Origin: Phoronis australis
Taxonomy: Eukaryota; Animalia; Phoronida
Reading direction: 5' to 3'
DNA: 64,000 nt
Assembly: GCA_002633005.1 (NCBI GenBank)
Contig: NMRA01000003.1
Location: forward strand, 1,335,543-1,399,542
Below, in pieces: positions 27,501 through 39,781 of this stretch. The translations under genes were made by a program, and so were the position numbers. Within the stretch, counting starts at the first letter, position 1. Each line of letters opens with the position of its first letter. The notes beneath the pieces are model-generated. The model had not been told where the DNA came from, ran no database searches, and saw nothing but the letters and a program-made list of their open reading frames with translations.

Positions 27501-30500
27501 TGCAACAAGAAAAAGTAAGAGAATGTTAAAGCTAAAGAAATAACATGGCTAAATGATCGAGTGGCCAGGTATATGAATGTTGAAGAAGTTAAATCCAAGT
27601 TGTAGCCAAATATGATGCTGGGAGAGTTGCATTATGCACTGTGAGGGCTAACTAGTTGTCTCAAATGGCTAAATGCCTGCATACTGACTATGTTATCCGT
27701 TAGTCACCACAGTGGAACCCACTATGAGTGCCGAGGCCATAAAACTCACAAGCGTGAAGATGTCACAGGCTACTACTTCATTGATGTTGTTGTTGCTGAT
27801 GCTGCTGCTGTAGTTGTTGTTGCTGCTACTGCTGCTGTTGTTGTTGTTGGACTAAATTCTCAACAACTCCGCTTATAGTGAACCGATTTTGAAAATTCAA
27901 AGACAGCAACACTTATTGTTCAAGTTTGAAAACAGTTACAGCTAGTTCCCTAGTTAATGACAGGTGCTTACTGTTTACCACGGTATTAACGACCAGTCCT
28001 GCGCACTACACATCAACCAGCCCAGTTGATTCTTTGATGCAGTGACAGGCAAGATAAAATACAAAGGGGATATCTTATCACTTTTCAACAATATCATCAA
28101 CGTGGCCTGTTATTCGCACCATGCGTTGCCTTACTTTGAGTAGAATACCAAGTGCTTCCAAAGCCAGGCATTGTCTGAGATCTCCCGCTGCCAATACCCA
28201 TCATAGGAGCCGCTGAAGTTTGACTTGGTCTAGTTTGACTGTCTAAATCAAACAATATCTGCAGCAGCTCATTGGCTGCTTGTCTGACAGACATATATGG
28301 TGCATTGCCCCGCAGTGCATCAGGAGGACCACTAAAGCCTGTAAACAACAAGCACACTGCATCAGTATAGTGACATAGCACAGAGCAGTGAGAAACAGCA
28401 CTGTATACTGTAGTCCAGCAGGACTATACAGTAGGGCACAGCACAGCACAGTGTAGTTCACAGCACCACAGCACAGTGCAACAACGGAGATTTTCCATTA
28501 TCATTACTGTTCCCTTGCTGTAAATGTGCAATTCAGGGAACAACAGCCCAGCAAAAGGCCTGCATTTTGGTTCTGCTTTAAACTTCATTGAACACAAACA
28601 ACTGACACACACTACTTACGACATTATGTTTGGTCAATGGAAGGGAGTGCAGAATCAAGAGACTGTTTGTGATGCTGTTCACATCACTTTTTATTGTCTC
28701 ATAGATAGCAAATACACACCAGGGTAACAACGACTAACGCAGGAAAATATACTTTCAAAATAACCAGGGATCTGCAGTTTTACTAGAATTGTGTTCTCCT
28801 TTAAGTCTTCCAGTTGAGACAACAGTGAGAACCCATAGCAATAGAAGGTAATCACTTATTTAGAGACGTTTCAGGTTAGATGCAAACATTTCGGCCTGGT
28901 CGGCCACGCCTTTAACGATGAGTGAGGAGTTTCCCGCGGATTAAGTATGTTAGAATACACGGGAGGTAAGTGTAAACCTCAGTTCCGGTTCAAGAGAGGG
29001 TGCTGAGTACTGATATTTATGGATTCATTTAACTTGCGAGCATAATAATTCTGTTCTTTGGCTAAGATCTTAGACGATTCAAGGGAGATAAAATGTCCAG
29101 TAGCCAATATGTGTTCCCCCACAGCTGTGGGTCTGTCTAATTTCTGGTGTTCTTTGAATCTGGTTAGGAACGGTCTCTTGGTTTCTCCAATATAGGTGTG
29201 GTTGGGATCCTGGTCACATTTCAGCTGGTAAATGACCCCACATTGTTTTCCCATCGCAGTTGGGTCTTTGGGTGTGACTAGAAAGGATCGAAGAGTGTTG
29301 ATGGGTTTCATATATGAAGAAATTCCGTGGGTTCTGTAAGTGTGTTGTAGGCAATCAGACAGACACTCCTTTTATGTATGGGATGGCGACAGAGGAACCA
29401 TCGAGTTTTTCAGTAGGTTTACGACTTGGGGGGTCTGTGAGCATCCATTCCTGGTATCCATTAGCTCGCAAAGCATTTTCAACATGGTCAACTTCTTCAA
29501 CATAGTCTTGGTAGTCAGTGATGTAACAATCAGTTCTATCCAGGAGGGTACGGGAGACAGAATGTTTGTGTTTTAAAGGGTGGTTGGATAAAAACTGAAG
29601 GTATTGGTCCGTGTGTGAGTGTGGGTTTCCTGTGGATGGTAACTTTGATGCAACGATTATCGACTACATGTACACATAGATCCAAGAACGTTGATCAGAA
29701 ATGTCTGTGTCTAACCTGAACCGTCTATAAGTAAGTGATTATCATCAATTGCAATGCCTTTATAGACCAATGATCAACTTATTATCCACGGTGAGAACAC
29801 AATCAACACTTTGTAATGATAAGGATGTCACCTTGAGAAAAATGCAACCAAAAATGATTGTATCAGTCAGTATACGTACCAGAACACTGTTGGATGATTG
29901 CTGACTTTTTGCGAAGATCATTTCTGAAATCTGAATGCCCACCTTGAACTAATTCTTTCATCACTCGAAGCACCTACAGGGTAGAACCAAGTCCAAAAGT
30001 TACAAGAGCAACACAAAGCATTTTGACAAGCGCCAACCATGCGCATCGCAAGGGTAAAGACAAAGGGTGCTCAGATGCAACGGTAATTTCTCACTAGAGG
30101 GTGCAACAGAAGTCAAATCTGTCCAAATACCAAAACCAGTTGTGGATTCCTCAATAGGAGCCCATTATATGCTAAATTTTATGAAGATCCATCAAAGAAC
30201 TTGGTAAATGTTCAGGAAAACGCAAAGAAATGTAAACTTGGAAATAAAAGGACCACCAGGTGGTGCAGCATATGTTGAATCCGTTCAAAATTCAAAAGGC
30301 GTCATCACTGTCTCAATAGAAACCAATTTGCCAACTAGTTTCATGAAAATCTTTCAAGAAACTTGGAAGATACAGAAAGAAATTTAAAAAAATAAAATTG
30401 CCACAAGGAAGCACAGCGATATCGTGTCCATCTGAAAGTCGTCGCCATCTGTTGTTACTTTCAAAAGAACACACTTACCAGATTTCAAAGACCTTGCCAG

Positions 30501-33500
30501 GGGTTAATGGAAACCTATTTTCCAAATTTCATGGAAATCCATCAAGGAACACTAAGAAACAGAGACAAAAATAGAAAACTAAAATATTCACAAGTGTGCA
30601 TATTGGTAGTTGGGTCAGTCTGAAAGTCGTTGAATGTCATCAGCTTCACCTTCCAAATTTAATGACAATCCTGCAGGGAGTTTAGGGGATACCGCAGCGA
30701 ATGCCCAGTGCCCAAATGACAGTAATATGCGACTACACATGGGTGCATAAAATCACTAGTTTCACAGAATGATTATGTAATTAATTTTAGCCAATGTTTC
30801 CTTTGTAATGCAGTAATTGCCCTGTTCCACTTGAAAGGAACTTGGATAAGTGCTCATAAGGAGACTTGATGATTCCAGGGTTACTTGTACAAATTTATAC
30901 ACCTTATTCATGCAGTCGGTCCCCTATTTTTAAATTGAGCCTCTTTTTAGGTAATAAAAACAATGCATTCTGCACTTCAACACAGTCCAAAGCGTGATTT
31001 TTTCCGTGTCTCAAATGCATTGTTTTTTAAACCTAAAAAGAGGTTCACTGTTAAAATGGTGACTGCCTGATTAAGTACAAAGTTCCGGGAAATAGGCGAA
31101 TTTTCTAATGCGTGCATACTTATCCAAACCACACTCTGTAATGACAGATAGCAGCAACAACAAAACAAAAACAAAGATCTAGTATCCTTTTTATTTGGGA
31201 AGTACCTTGAAATGTAACTAACTTGTATTCATGTCATTTTTGATTCCCTCATTGACACCCACCTTAAGCCTGACAAATGGAGACTTGTGCTGTAATCTGT
31301 CTAGCAAATAATCCAACAAGCACTGGGAAGCACCATCAGACTCGTGAGAAATTTCTGAAAAAATAAACAACAACTATAACACTTATATAGCGATGTAGAA
31401 TGTAAGATTCATAAAGGACTGTTAATGCCAGATTTGGCAACGAAATGAACATGAATGGCTTAGTTTGAAAGTTTGAATATAAAAACTAATATAGACCAAA
31501 TGGCATCTGATTGCAGTTTTAATAAACATGTAAACAACTTCTGACGCATCTATAATATAATTATGTGAAGTGATTTAATCCTTATTTAACAAAATGAAAT
31601 TTTCCACAACTGCTTGTTGTTAGTGCCTTTATATAGTGACACATAATGCACTCTAAAGACGTAACTGACAACTGCTTGTCGCAAATTTCTCAGGGAAGTA
31701 ATCTCAAATCTTTAGAGGTGAAAATGAAATCTATAATTATTCTAGCATTTTTCTGATGAATAGCTATTTAGTGGATCAACCGGAAATAACAACACTTGAA
31801 TTTGTGAGCGAGAACAGTTAAAGGGGGTTTAATCCTGATATCAAACACATGGAAGCTTTAACAAAAAACAAATAGTAGGTACTTTGAAGCAGTGTTGACA
31901 AAGTTAAAAATACAGTTTTCTAACAAAGAATTTCACAGGCTAAGTTTCATTGCTCACTGTTTATTTCACTGTATAAGTAAGGTGGTGTAGGTTGTTCGTC
32001 CTCTGCAGTGGCCTTCACAAGCACAGCAATCTGCAAAAAACAGAACATTTTGCTACACATACAGCATAATTATCTGCAGCTGCGGTTTGGTCTCATGGTT
32101 AAATCAGAAATATATAATTATCATTACATGAAAATTATATCATTAGGGTTTTCTTGAATTTATAGCTTGTCCAATACAGGGATTGTCTTATTTGTTTGCT
32201 TATTTCAACACTTAATTATTGTTTATCTAATTATTTTGGCACATGACTTAATATTACAGTATATTAAGACAAAAGTTACCAGTTACGAAAGGCTACATTA
32301 ACAATGAAGTCAGCTTCCACTCAGCCATCATGATGGGGGAATTCCGAGTACTTTTGTCTAAATACTTTTGGCAATGCACTGTATATAAGATAGACCAATA
32401 TGGAAATAAGTAACCAATTTGTGTCATTCGCACAATCACACATCAAATATCCGTTGTAATGTGTATGTCTCTCTGACTATCTCTATCAACTTTGTGTTGT
32501 GTTGTGTTGTATAGCACTGGTACTCGGCAATTTTTTAAACAACTCTGTTACTGTGTCATAGATTTTGGTTTTAGTGTCTTTTTTGAACACTACACTGAGG
32601 TCACATTTGTTAATCGTTTGACATAAAATTTCCACACAACACATTCAGTACCTCCAGGCCTATTGTTTTCTGAGGACATCAGACACAAGGTGGCTCTATG
32701 GATATTTCTGAAACTTGGTGTTTGAATAAATTTTGTCAAGAGCTATCTGGTGTGAGGCATCTGATGATGGCATTCTCCCGTTCAGTGACAGTACCAAAGG
32801 TAGAGGGTTGTGAGTGTGTGATAACATCTAGCTCCTTTATTAACTGCCAAGCACAACCTTTCCTCTGGTATGACAACAGGCAGGCCAATTATCTACCAGG
32901 CTTATTATAGATCACATGTGAACACAAGTAAAACTTGAACCCAGAGAGAATTGGTACGTTTAGAAAGAATAGATTGTCGTGACTTCGGTTGTAGTTGGGT
33001 GATTTTGGCGATTCAAAAACTAAACACATTCAGCATTTGACAAGGAATTCAGAAATGCTATTGGTTTATGTTCAAATATGTTATAACTTAATTTTTATTC
33101 TAACAGCACAGCCCAGTCAGGTTAGATATGATCTTATTGGAGATTAGAGCAATTATCGCACAGAGAGCTGGCGCTCCAATCATGAATGTCAGAATGGAGT
33201 TAATCATTCGTGTAAGATATTTGCTATAGGGGTCATATCTTCCCAACTTGTTGTTGGGCTATAGAATCGAACAAGTTGGGATCAATGGTAAAACACTGTA
33301 ATGGTTTCTCAATAACTTCATCGGCGTTCTGTCGTTCAGCAACTTTTCCACACGTAAGGGGTTTTGAATGTGCGATAACATCTGGCTCCTTTGTTAACTG
33401 CCCAGCACAGTCTTTTGTCCCATATGCCAAAAAGCAGGCAAATTATCTCCCAGGCTTCAAAGGGCAACTGCATGAAACCTGGCAGAATGGATTGTCTTAA

Positions 33501-34608
33501 CTTCTGTTGAACTTGGGCGGCTTGGTGATTCAAAAACTAAACATGATCAACATTTGACAAGGAATATGTTCAAATTTAATATGTTATAACTTAACTTTCA
33601 TTAGCAGCACAGCCCAGATCAGGCTAGATACGATCTAGTGATCGGAGATACAGAGCAATTTGTTGAATAAAAGTCGAGACCTGGCCCTCCAACCATAAAT
33701 GCCAGAATGGAGTTAATTAGTCATGTAAGATATTGGCTACAGGGGTGATCTTCCCAGCTTGTTGTTGGGCTACAGAATCTAACAATTAAGTTTGGAGCAA
33801 TGGGAAAACGCCGTAATGTAATACTGTAATAGCGCTTTTGAACTATTCGGGATTACGCTTAAACCTGGCTAAACTATTCAAGTGGTCATCCCAGTAAGCC
33901 CTCAATAGGTTGGAAGCTTTTCGTCGAATTATGCACCACATTTATGTAAATCATTAAAATCATGTTGCTATCATTAGTTTGTACTCATAGACATAGAAGG
34001 ACACGGAGTACCCACTTAACGTAGCTCATCCCAGATTGATTAAATATAGGCAATTACATCACCCAGCATGCCACAGGCAACCTAACGTACCTACTGAGGG
34101 ACTATGTGTTGCGTAGATCAAATAGTCCCGTCGTCCCGGCATAAGCATCGTAAAAATGGCCAGTTGCCAATTAGGCCTGAATTAGGGCAACTGAACGACT
34201 GCAAAAGGGAATCATGGTTCGAACGAAATAGTTAAAGTCAAAGACATCAACGGCCTCCTATGCGCTAAAGATATTTTAGCAACATTGTTTACTTAGTATG
34301 AGTCATAATTCGTGGAAAAGCTTCCAGCGTATGGAGGGCCTATGGGAGTATGGGATGGCCACCGTCGGCGTCAGCCGTTGACGTTGTCACTGACGTCCCC
34401 TCAGCCAACATGAATCCATTCAATGTTCAGATGGATCCAGTGTGTGTGCACGAACAGGCAACAAAATTGACCAATTAGCAACCAGCATACTGCATGGTTT
34501 TCTAAAGTTTAACTGTGGGCGCATCTCCCATTATCTACATGCACTTACATGTGCTGCAAAACCAACTTTATCCATCAAACTTGCAAACACCTTCTTGGCT
34601 TCCGCCAT
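21535..34608 (-). CDS. TEPSIN: AP-4 complex accessory subunit tepsin (ENTH plus start of VHS-like domain); 3' end not resolved
   Basis: Exons 34608-34549, 32030-31958, 31354-31263, 29973-29880, 28338-28135, 27499-27293, 26431-26326, 23238-23119 and 21613-21535. All are GT-AG and phase-consistent, giving 345 open codons. Peptides IAVLVKATAEDEQPTPPYLYSEI, KISHESDGASQCLLDYLLDRL, FSGPPDALRGNAPYMSVRQAA, ALGGWE and SDWSSECHLV...REEINSFI...NCEKAVEFL match vertebrate tepsin as I recall it (KISHESPGSSQCLLEYLLSRL; FAGPPDPLHGNSLYQKVRAAA). Confidence 0.9.
21818..21929. mobile_element. Palindromic ~110-bp MITE family B, copy 1
   Basis: 'ggcaatagtcggatataacatgccc...tgagaaccagttt' is inverted to 'aaactggttctca...gggcacgttatatccgaccattacc'. 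A second copy lies at ~52984-53090. Confidence 0.8.
25885..26083. mobile_element. Foldback element with a related copy at ~28540-28700
   Basis: Inverted arms 'ttcacttccattgaacaaacac' and 'gtgtttgctcaatggaagtgaa'. The words 'gcaaaaggcctgcatt' and 'tcaatggaag' recur at 28551-28645. Confidence 0.65.
28847..29743 (-). mobile_element. 5'-truncated, decayed Penelope-like retroelement (RT C-terminus plus GIY-YIG endonuclease) in tepsin intron 4
   Basis: The minus strand reads FLDL...HRKPT/HTDQYL..SNHPLKHK..TLLDR...ALRANGY, then GVIYQLKC...YIGETKR...RFKEH...AVGEH...ESINI...LLNR, with frameshifts and stops. An inverted copy of the 3' terminus is present at the 5' junction. Confidence 0.9.
30002..30753 (+). 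mobile_element. Non-autonomous element with internal diverged ~165-bp repeats (Helentron/HINE-like)
   Basis: Begins ACAAGAG and ends '...gggtgcataaaa'. Three to four diverged units share 'aa(a)tttcatga(a)gatccatcaa'. The family assignment is from recalled resemblance only. Confidence 0.45.
32760..33820. repeat. Old tandem duplication, period ~530-550 bp
   Basis: 32770-32903 resembles 33320-33456, and 32998-33303 resembles 33524-33819. Confidence 0.8.
33887..34350. mobile_element. TIR element related to the 43076-43622 foldback element
   Basis: Inverted ends 'gccctcaataggttggaagcttttcgtcgaattatg' and 'cataattcgtggaaaagcttccagcgtatggagggc'. It shares 'aaaaatggccagtt...aactgaacga' with ~43380-43415. 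Confidence 0.7.
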
Positions 34609-36455
34609 TTTCGTCTGCATGGGACGCAACTGACACCTGGTGAATAGAATGCTCATTACTGCGCAGTCGAGCACCGTGACGGATGCTAGTATCGAGGTTG
34701 TACCGGGCGCCGTAACAATTTGGGACACCAAAATTCAAGCATAAATTAAATTTGCTTGATTCTGAAGCTTGTCTTTCAGAATACCATAAATTTCTCAGAT
34801 TTCTTCATAGGAATTGTATCATGCAAACTTTATCAAGAGACTCCTCAATCGGCATTCCAATATCTGAAACTAACAATTATTAATGAAATTTGGTGGAGCT
34901 AGGAAACAGAAAATTTGTGTTGACAAAAATTTGCCTGAAAAAATTTCACATAATTTTCACGTCAGGGTCAGCCGTTGGCATGACGCCGGACTCTGCTTAC
35001 GGAGCTGAAGTGTATTCATGCCCCCGGCGATTTCAACATGCTATATAAAGACGTGCAGTGCAGCTAGTGAAAATGATTTAAATGACTAAGTGATGTCCCT
35101 ACCATTCTGTATACACCAATATGATCTGGACAGATTTTGAAGCGGCTGCCAAAACTGTCATGATGATGAAAATGTGTTTATATATCATTAATGATAAACA
35201 AGTACAAATCACACAAATAATATACCCCTTCCTTCACACCTCAGGAAATATCTGTTATGCTGCATGGAGTTAACGTGAACATTATTCCCATTTCCCAGCA
35301 AAGCTGTCATACACAAAAATTTTATACGCAATTAAATTTTCAGCATTATAGTACTCACATAGTAAAAAACCGTTGTCATCGGTGAATAAAGATATAATGT
35401 TTTTGTGGCATGCGTTACCAAAGTCACATTCTGAAGGCGTGGAAATCAGCAACCAACGTTTTTTTTTTCGGTAAACAAACTGACCAAGTTCACGGGTTAG
35501 CTTCCTCACGTTAATAGAGACTGAATCTGTTTTCTCAGTCAACCATACTCGAGAACCCGGCATGACTCGACTTTGCGTAAAGTGCAAACGCGCATTTTAA
35601 AATGTACCATATATCCTCGAATATTTGCTAAGCCTTAGTGCCCCGCGGTTGGATGAGTAATAGTTCAAATTAGGTCTATCAAAATGATGATGTCTATCTC
35701 ATTTTGACGTAATTGTTTGCAATATTTTTGCCGCGGTGGTCAGGTCATTTGCTTTAAGGAAAAGCAAACCACTGTTTAACTAAAAAGTCCACCAGTATTT
35801 ATTAATTTAAGTTCAGCTATTCTGTCTTTTTTAAAGTTCCACAATTAAAGTACACTCAACAGGCTAGCAGCAGGATCTCAAAAAATGTATTTCCCAGACC
35901 ATCATCAGTCCGAGTTGTAGGTCAGGTTTGTAGTGGTAGTCAAAATTTCTTTGCCAGAACGATGTTTTCAGAGTGACGAGACTTAATTGTGCCAAGACCA
36001 CGTCAGCATGCCTCTAGTTATACGAAATATTCATTACCGTAAAACCTTTGACTGTATAACTTTGTATTCCCCGGGGTTTATGCCGTTTTTGCAGAAATGA
36101 AGGCCGCGGCCACGAGGACCGAGCACCAGTCCGGCGCACGCGGAAACACTCTACTCAAGTCAGTGCACTGTTTTTTAGTCCCCGCTTTACCACAGAGTGC
36201 ACCCACTGAGACAACCCCCTCATCGTGAGAGCTGGAACGTGTTACCAACAATGACCAATAAGCGGATTTAATGGGGGGGGGGGGGNGGGGGGGGGTCGGA
36301 AACGACCTGGCTGAAAAACCGCGATGTAGCAAATCGCATTTTATCTAGGCCGGCTCATACGTAGCCACTTTCCATAGAAACTAAAGTGACATCCTTACGA
36401 AACTCTCTTATCACTCGGATGTTTTACTGGCAATGGCATCAAGTGCCTGATATAC

Positions 36456-36745
36456 CATGCGCGCACCCCGCAGCCTTTAATATGGGGGACTCCGTCAAAT
36501 TCCTGACGATGTGGACCTTTTGCTAACAAAAGAGTGTGTGGACTAAAAAAACGGTACCGCCTTCAGAGCTGTGAATTGTTCGTTTGCGCCTTTTTAGTAG
36601 ACTTTGTCTCGTTTTCTCGGATGTTTCAGTTGTTCCTCTGAGGCGGCCGGGGACCTTTTTCACCCACTTCGCCAACTTGAACTAAGTGGGGGGGGGGGGC
36701 TCGTTAATTAGAACACCCTGAGTCCCCCCCCTGGATGCGCGTATT
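36456..36745. mobile_element. MITE (CATGCGCGCA... termini), 5-bp TSD TATAC
   Basis: Imperfect TIRs; tatac at 36451-36455 and 36746-36750. Confidence 0.6.
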
Positions 36746-37286
36746 TATACTACCTTGTAACTACAGTCATATTTTTTGTGTAGTAAGGTATAAAAATATT
36801 TTTTCACCGTAGCCAAAAATGTGATAATGGCTGAGGTGGACAAGTTCCAAGGCTATGCTAAGTGAGCTTTTAAACGCAGTGTCGATCATCCGAGTCATTC
36901 AGCTATCATTTTTTACCCCAAACCTTGCTTTGTGGGTAATACAGCAGCCGTTTTCAATACAAAACAATCGACAAATGACAGTTGGTTACATTCATGCAAT
37001 CAAGCTTCAGCACGCTCAGAGTGCATGTGTTAAAATCAACGCAAATGACCGGAGTTGAAAGTCAGTAAAACACTTTTTGTACAATAGACAGCTGGTGGAC
37101 ACTGCGATGCCTTGACAAAATTGCGAATTCACCTGTTGTGACATCAGCCCAATTGAGATGAAACAAAAATAATTTTGAGTTCATTGACAGGCTGATAGCA
37201 TGGTGGCAGAGTCGAGGCTTGCGACATGATGTGGATACAAAGATCGAATCTCCGTGAAAGAATTGCAACTCTACGAAAAGAATTGT

Positions 37287-37544
37287 CATGCGCACCCAGG
37301 AGGTGGAGGGGGCTTCAATGAGCCACCTCCCATTTTACGAAGTTGGCAAAAAGGTCCGCCTTGGAGAAACAAGAAGTCCGAATAACAAACGAGACAAAAA
37401 TCCACTAAAAAGGCATAAACGCACAATTCACAGCTCCGAATGTGATACTGGTGTTTTTTTTTAGTCCTACCGCTTTTTCATTAGTAAAAAGGTCCACATC
37501 GTTGGCAATTCGAGCTCCCTTATTAAAGGCTGGGTGCACGCATG
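37287..37544. mobile_element. MITE (CATGCGCACCCAG...CTGGGTGCACGCATG), flanking duplication AATTGT
   Basis: TIRs plus aattgt at 37281-37286 and 37545-37550. Confidence 0.75.
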
Positions 37545-37845
37545 AATTGTTAAACAACTTATTGAATCCATGATGTTGATTTGTAACACCATAATTTTTT
37601 CAAATATCATACAATAATTATTGTTATCCAGTGTAAGATTTACTGAACACAAGTAGATATTGTCATGCACCAGTACAATGACTTGTTATAACTGTATTAA
37701 ACATCAAAAGTCAATGTTTCAGAAAATGCCAAAATGATTTTTTAAATCTAATTAATTAAATGCTTCAATACAAAGACATTTTTGAGGCAAGGAATGCATT
37801 TCACATCAAAATTTAACAAGGTATGTACACCTTTTGAACATACTA

Positions 37846-37970
37846 CATGGGCAGCGCACCATAGGGGGCTGGCCCACTTATTTCAGTGCTGTGCCGCGGT
37901 GTGGGCGGTGCACTACAGGGAGGCTGGGAGGCTATAGCCCCCCACTTTTTTCAGAGCTGCCCCGCCCATG
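37846..37970. mobile_element. Short MITE (CATGGGC...GCCCATG)
   Basis: Short TIRs with flanks tacta and ttcta. Confidence 0.55.
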
Positions 37971-38763
37971 TTCTAATAGTACAGACAGCCACCATCACAC
38001 AGCTCCACCTGTCAACTTGCTTCTGAAGTTAAAATGAACTACAGGAGCAAGAACACATGTCTTCAGTTGTTGACAAGTGATCCAAACCACCTAAATATGT
38101 AGATAAAATGCAAATAAATGTTACACGAGAATCCAGCAAATGAAACAGATCCTTGATGACAAATCTATCTAAAGAATCTTTTAAGGTCACAAAAATTAAT
38201 TACTTCGTCTAATACTACATATAATGCCTTAGCCTTGCTTTCGCAAACGCATTAACTCAAGCAGAACAATTGAGTAAACAGAGCATTTCTTGACTAAAAC
38301 CTGTAATATACACACCTACACCAGGGGTCAGTTTCATGTAAAGAGACTTAAGACTAACACATTACTGCCTGGAAATAAATTGCACAGATTTTTTCAAAAA
38401 TTAATACTTATGGGTATTTTCTCATATACTTTCCTCTTTTGCTACAGTGAGTTTAAATTGTATTTCAGAAATATTCACCAGGAGTGCAAGACCTAATTTC
38501 TTAAATCACTTTCATGAAAAGGGGCTCAGCTACTATTACCCCTGGTCTTTCATTGAACAGCAAAGTACAAACTTGTTAATATGTATAAAATGTTTTGTGT
38601 GTATTATAGAAAAATAAAAAGAGCCAGTTCATAAAACGTTACATTACACCTTCATACAACATGTTTCTAAGAAATTAACTAATCCCTTTCCAGTATTTCA
38701 TATCTGCATCTAAATTCAGTCATTCGATGTCATTCTACATGTACAAAGTTAACAGGAATCGAG

Positions 38764-39781
38764 TCACGTCTCTCCAGATCCCTCCTTGGAGTTTTCCCTT
38801 TTCTTCCCAACTTCACCCGCTGCCATTTCTGTCTTCCGGCTCGTAGAACCAGCAAAAGCCGCGGCACCCTCAGGAAGTTTACCAGACATTGCAAACTTTT
38901 GCAGAACTTCATACCTCGCTTTCATTACTTCCAGTTCGTGCTTCACTTGTTCATTTTCCTTCCTCAGGGTCTTCACTTCGTCCATCAACTGTTTTTTCTC
39001 ATAATTCAAAATTATTTTCTGTTCTTCTCGCTTTTCACGGCAACTAGCTGCGTAGCCACGATTTTTCAATGTTCTCCTCCTCTGCTTCAGTGAGAGTACT
39101 TGTTCACGTGACAACCCTTTCAACAATTGGTTTAGCTCGCGCACACCCAGGAGAACTAAATCATCATCAGAGATGTCAACAGACTGGAAAATAAACAAAC
39201 AGGAAACAAAATTTTTATTCTCAGCCACAACAACTCAGCCTACAACAATGCACATACACTTGTTTTTTGTTTCTCTGTTTTTTTAATTATCTAAAGTGAC
39301 TTATGATCCGATGCCCATGATAGGCAGGGTGTTCCTGTTTTGTTATTTGTTGCTATATTCTATCTGTATGAATACATGTCAATATATTTACTTATACCTA
39401 CTGTCAAGATGAGTTACCACGTACATGTGGCTAATTCGCGCTTTATGTTTCCCACACAATAAAACGAGGCCACATAATCATCCTTACAGTAACTTGATAA
39501 AGAGGCGGATTCAAAAACAGTAAAAATGGTCACCAGGAATCATACACTATGTCAAATGCATCCAAAAATAAGGAGGTGGTGGCATCTCCTTAATAGATGC
39601 CAAGTTGGGAAAATCAGCCCCAGAAAAGGTACAGAAGCTAATGTAAAAAAATAAAATTACACTAGAGGGCACACCTGTATTCAAATTTTTTTTTTGGGTG
39701 CATTAAGAAAATGAGTGTAATTTAGATAAGGCTTTCAATTGGATAAGTTACCTTGGAGTCCGCTTTGCTATTTCGAGACAT
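38764..39781 (-). CDS. maf-S: Small Maf bZIP transcription factor (MafK/MafG/Maf-S-like), 149 aa
   Basis: Coding exons 39781-39752 ([10 protein letters not shown], donor gtaact) and 39183-38764. Extended homology region [20 protein letters not shown], Maf basic region [18 protein letters not shown], a leucine zipper and no N-terminal activation domain. Confidence 0.93.

Noticed and set aside
27780-27850. (GTT/GCT)n tract as a second poly-Q exon
   Set aside because: It contains a TAG in the Gln frame and tepsin phases are consistent without it; it is an intronic microsatellite.
38786-39228. ORF extension [15 protein letters not shown] and plus-strand ORFs at the Maf locus
   Set aside because: The extension is intronic (acceptor tttccag precedes 39183) and the plus-strand ORFs are antisense shadows.
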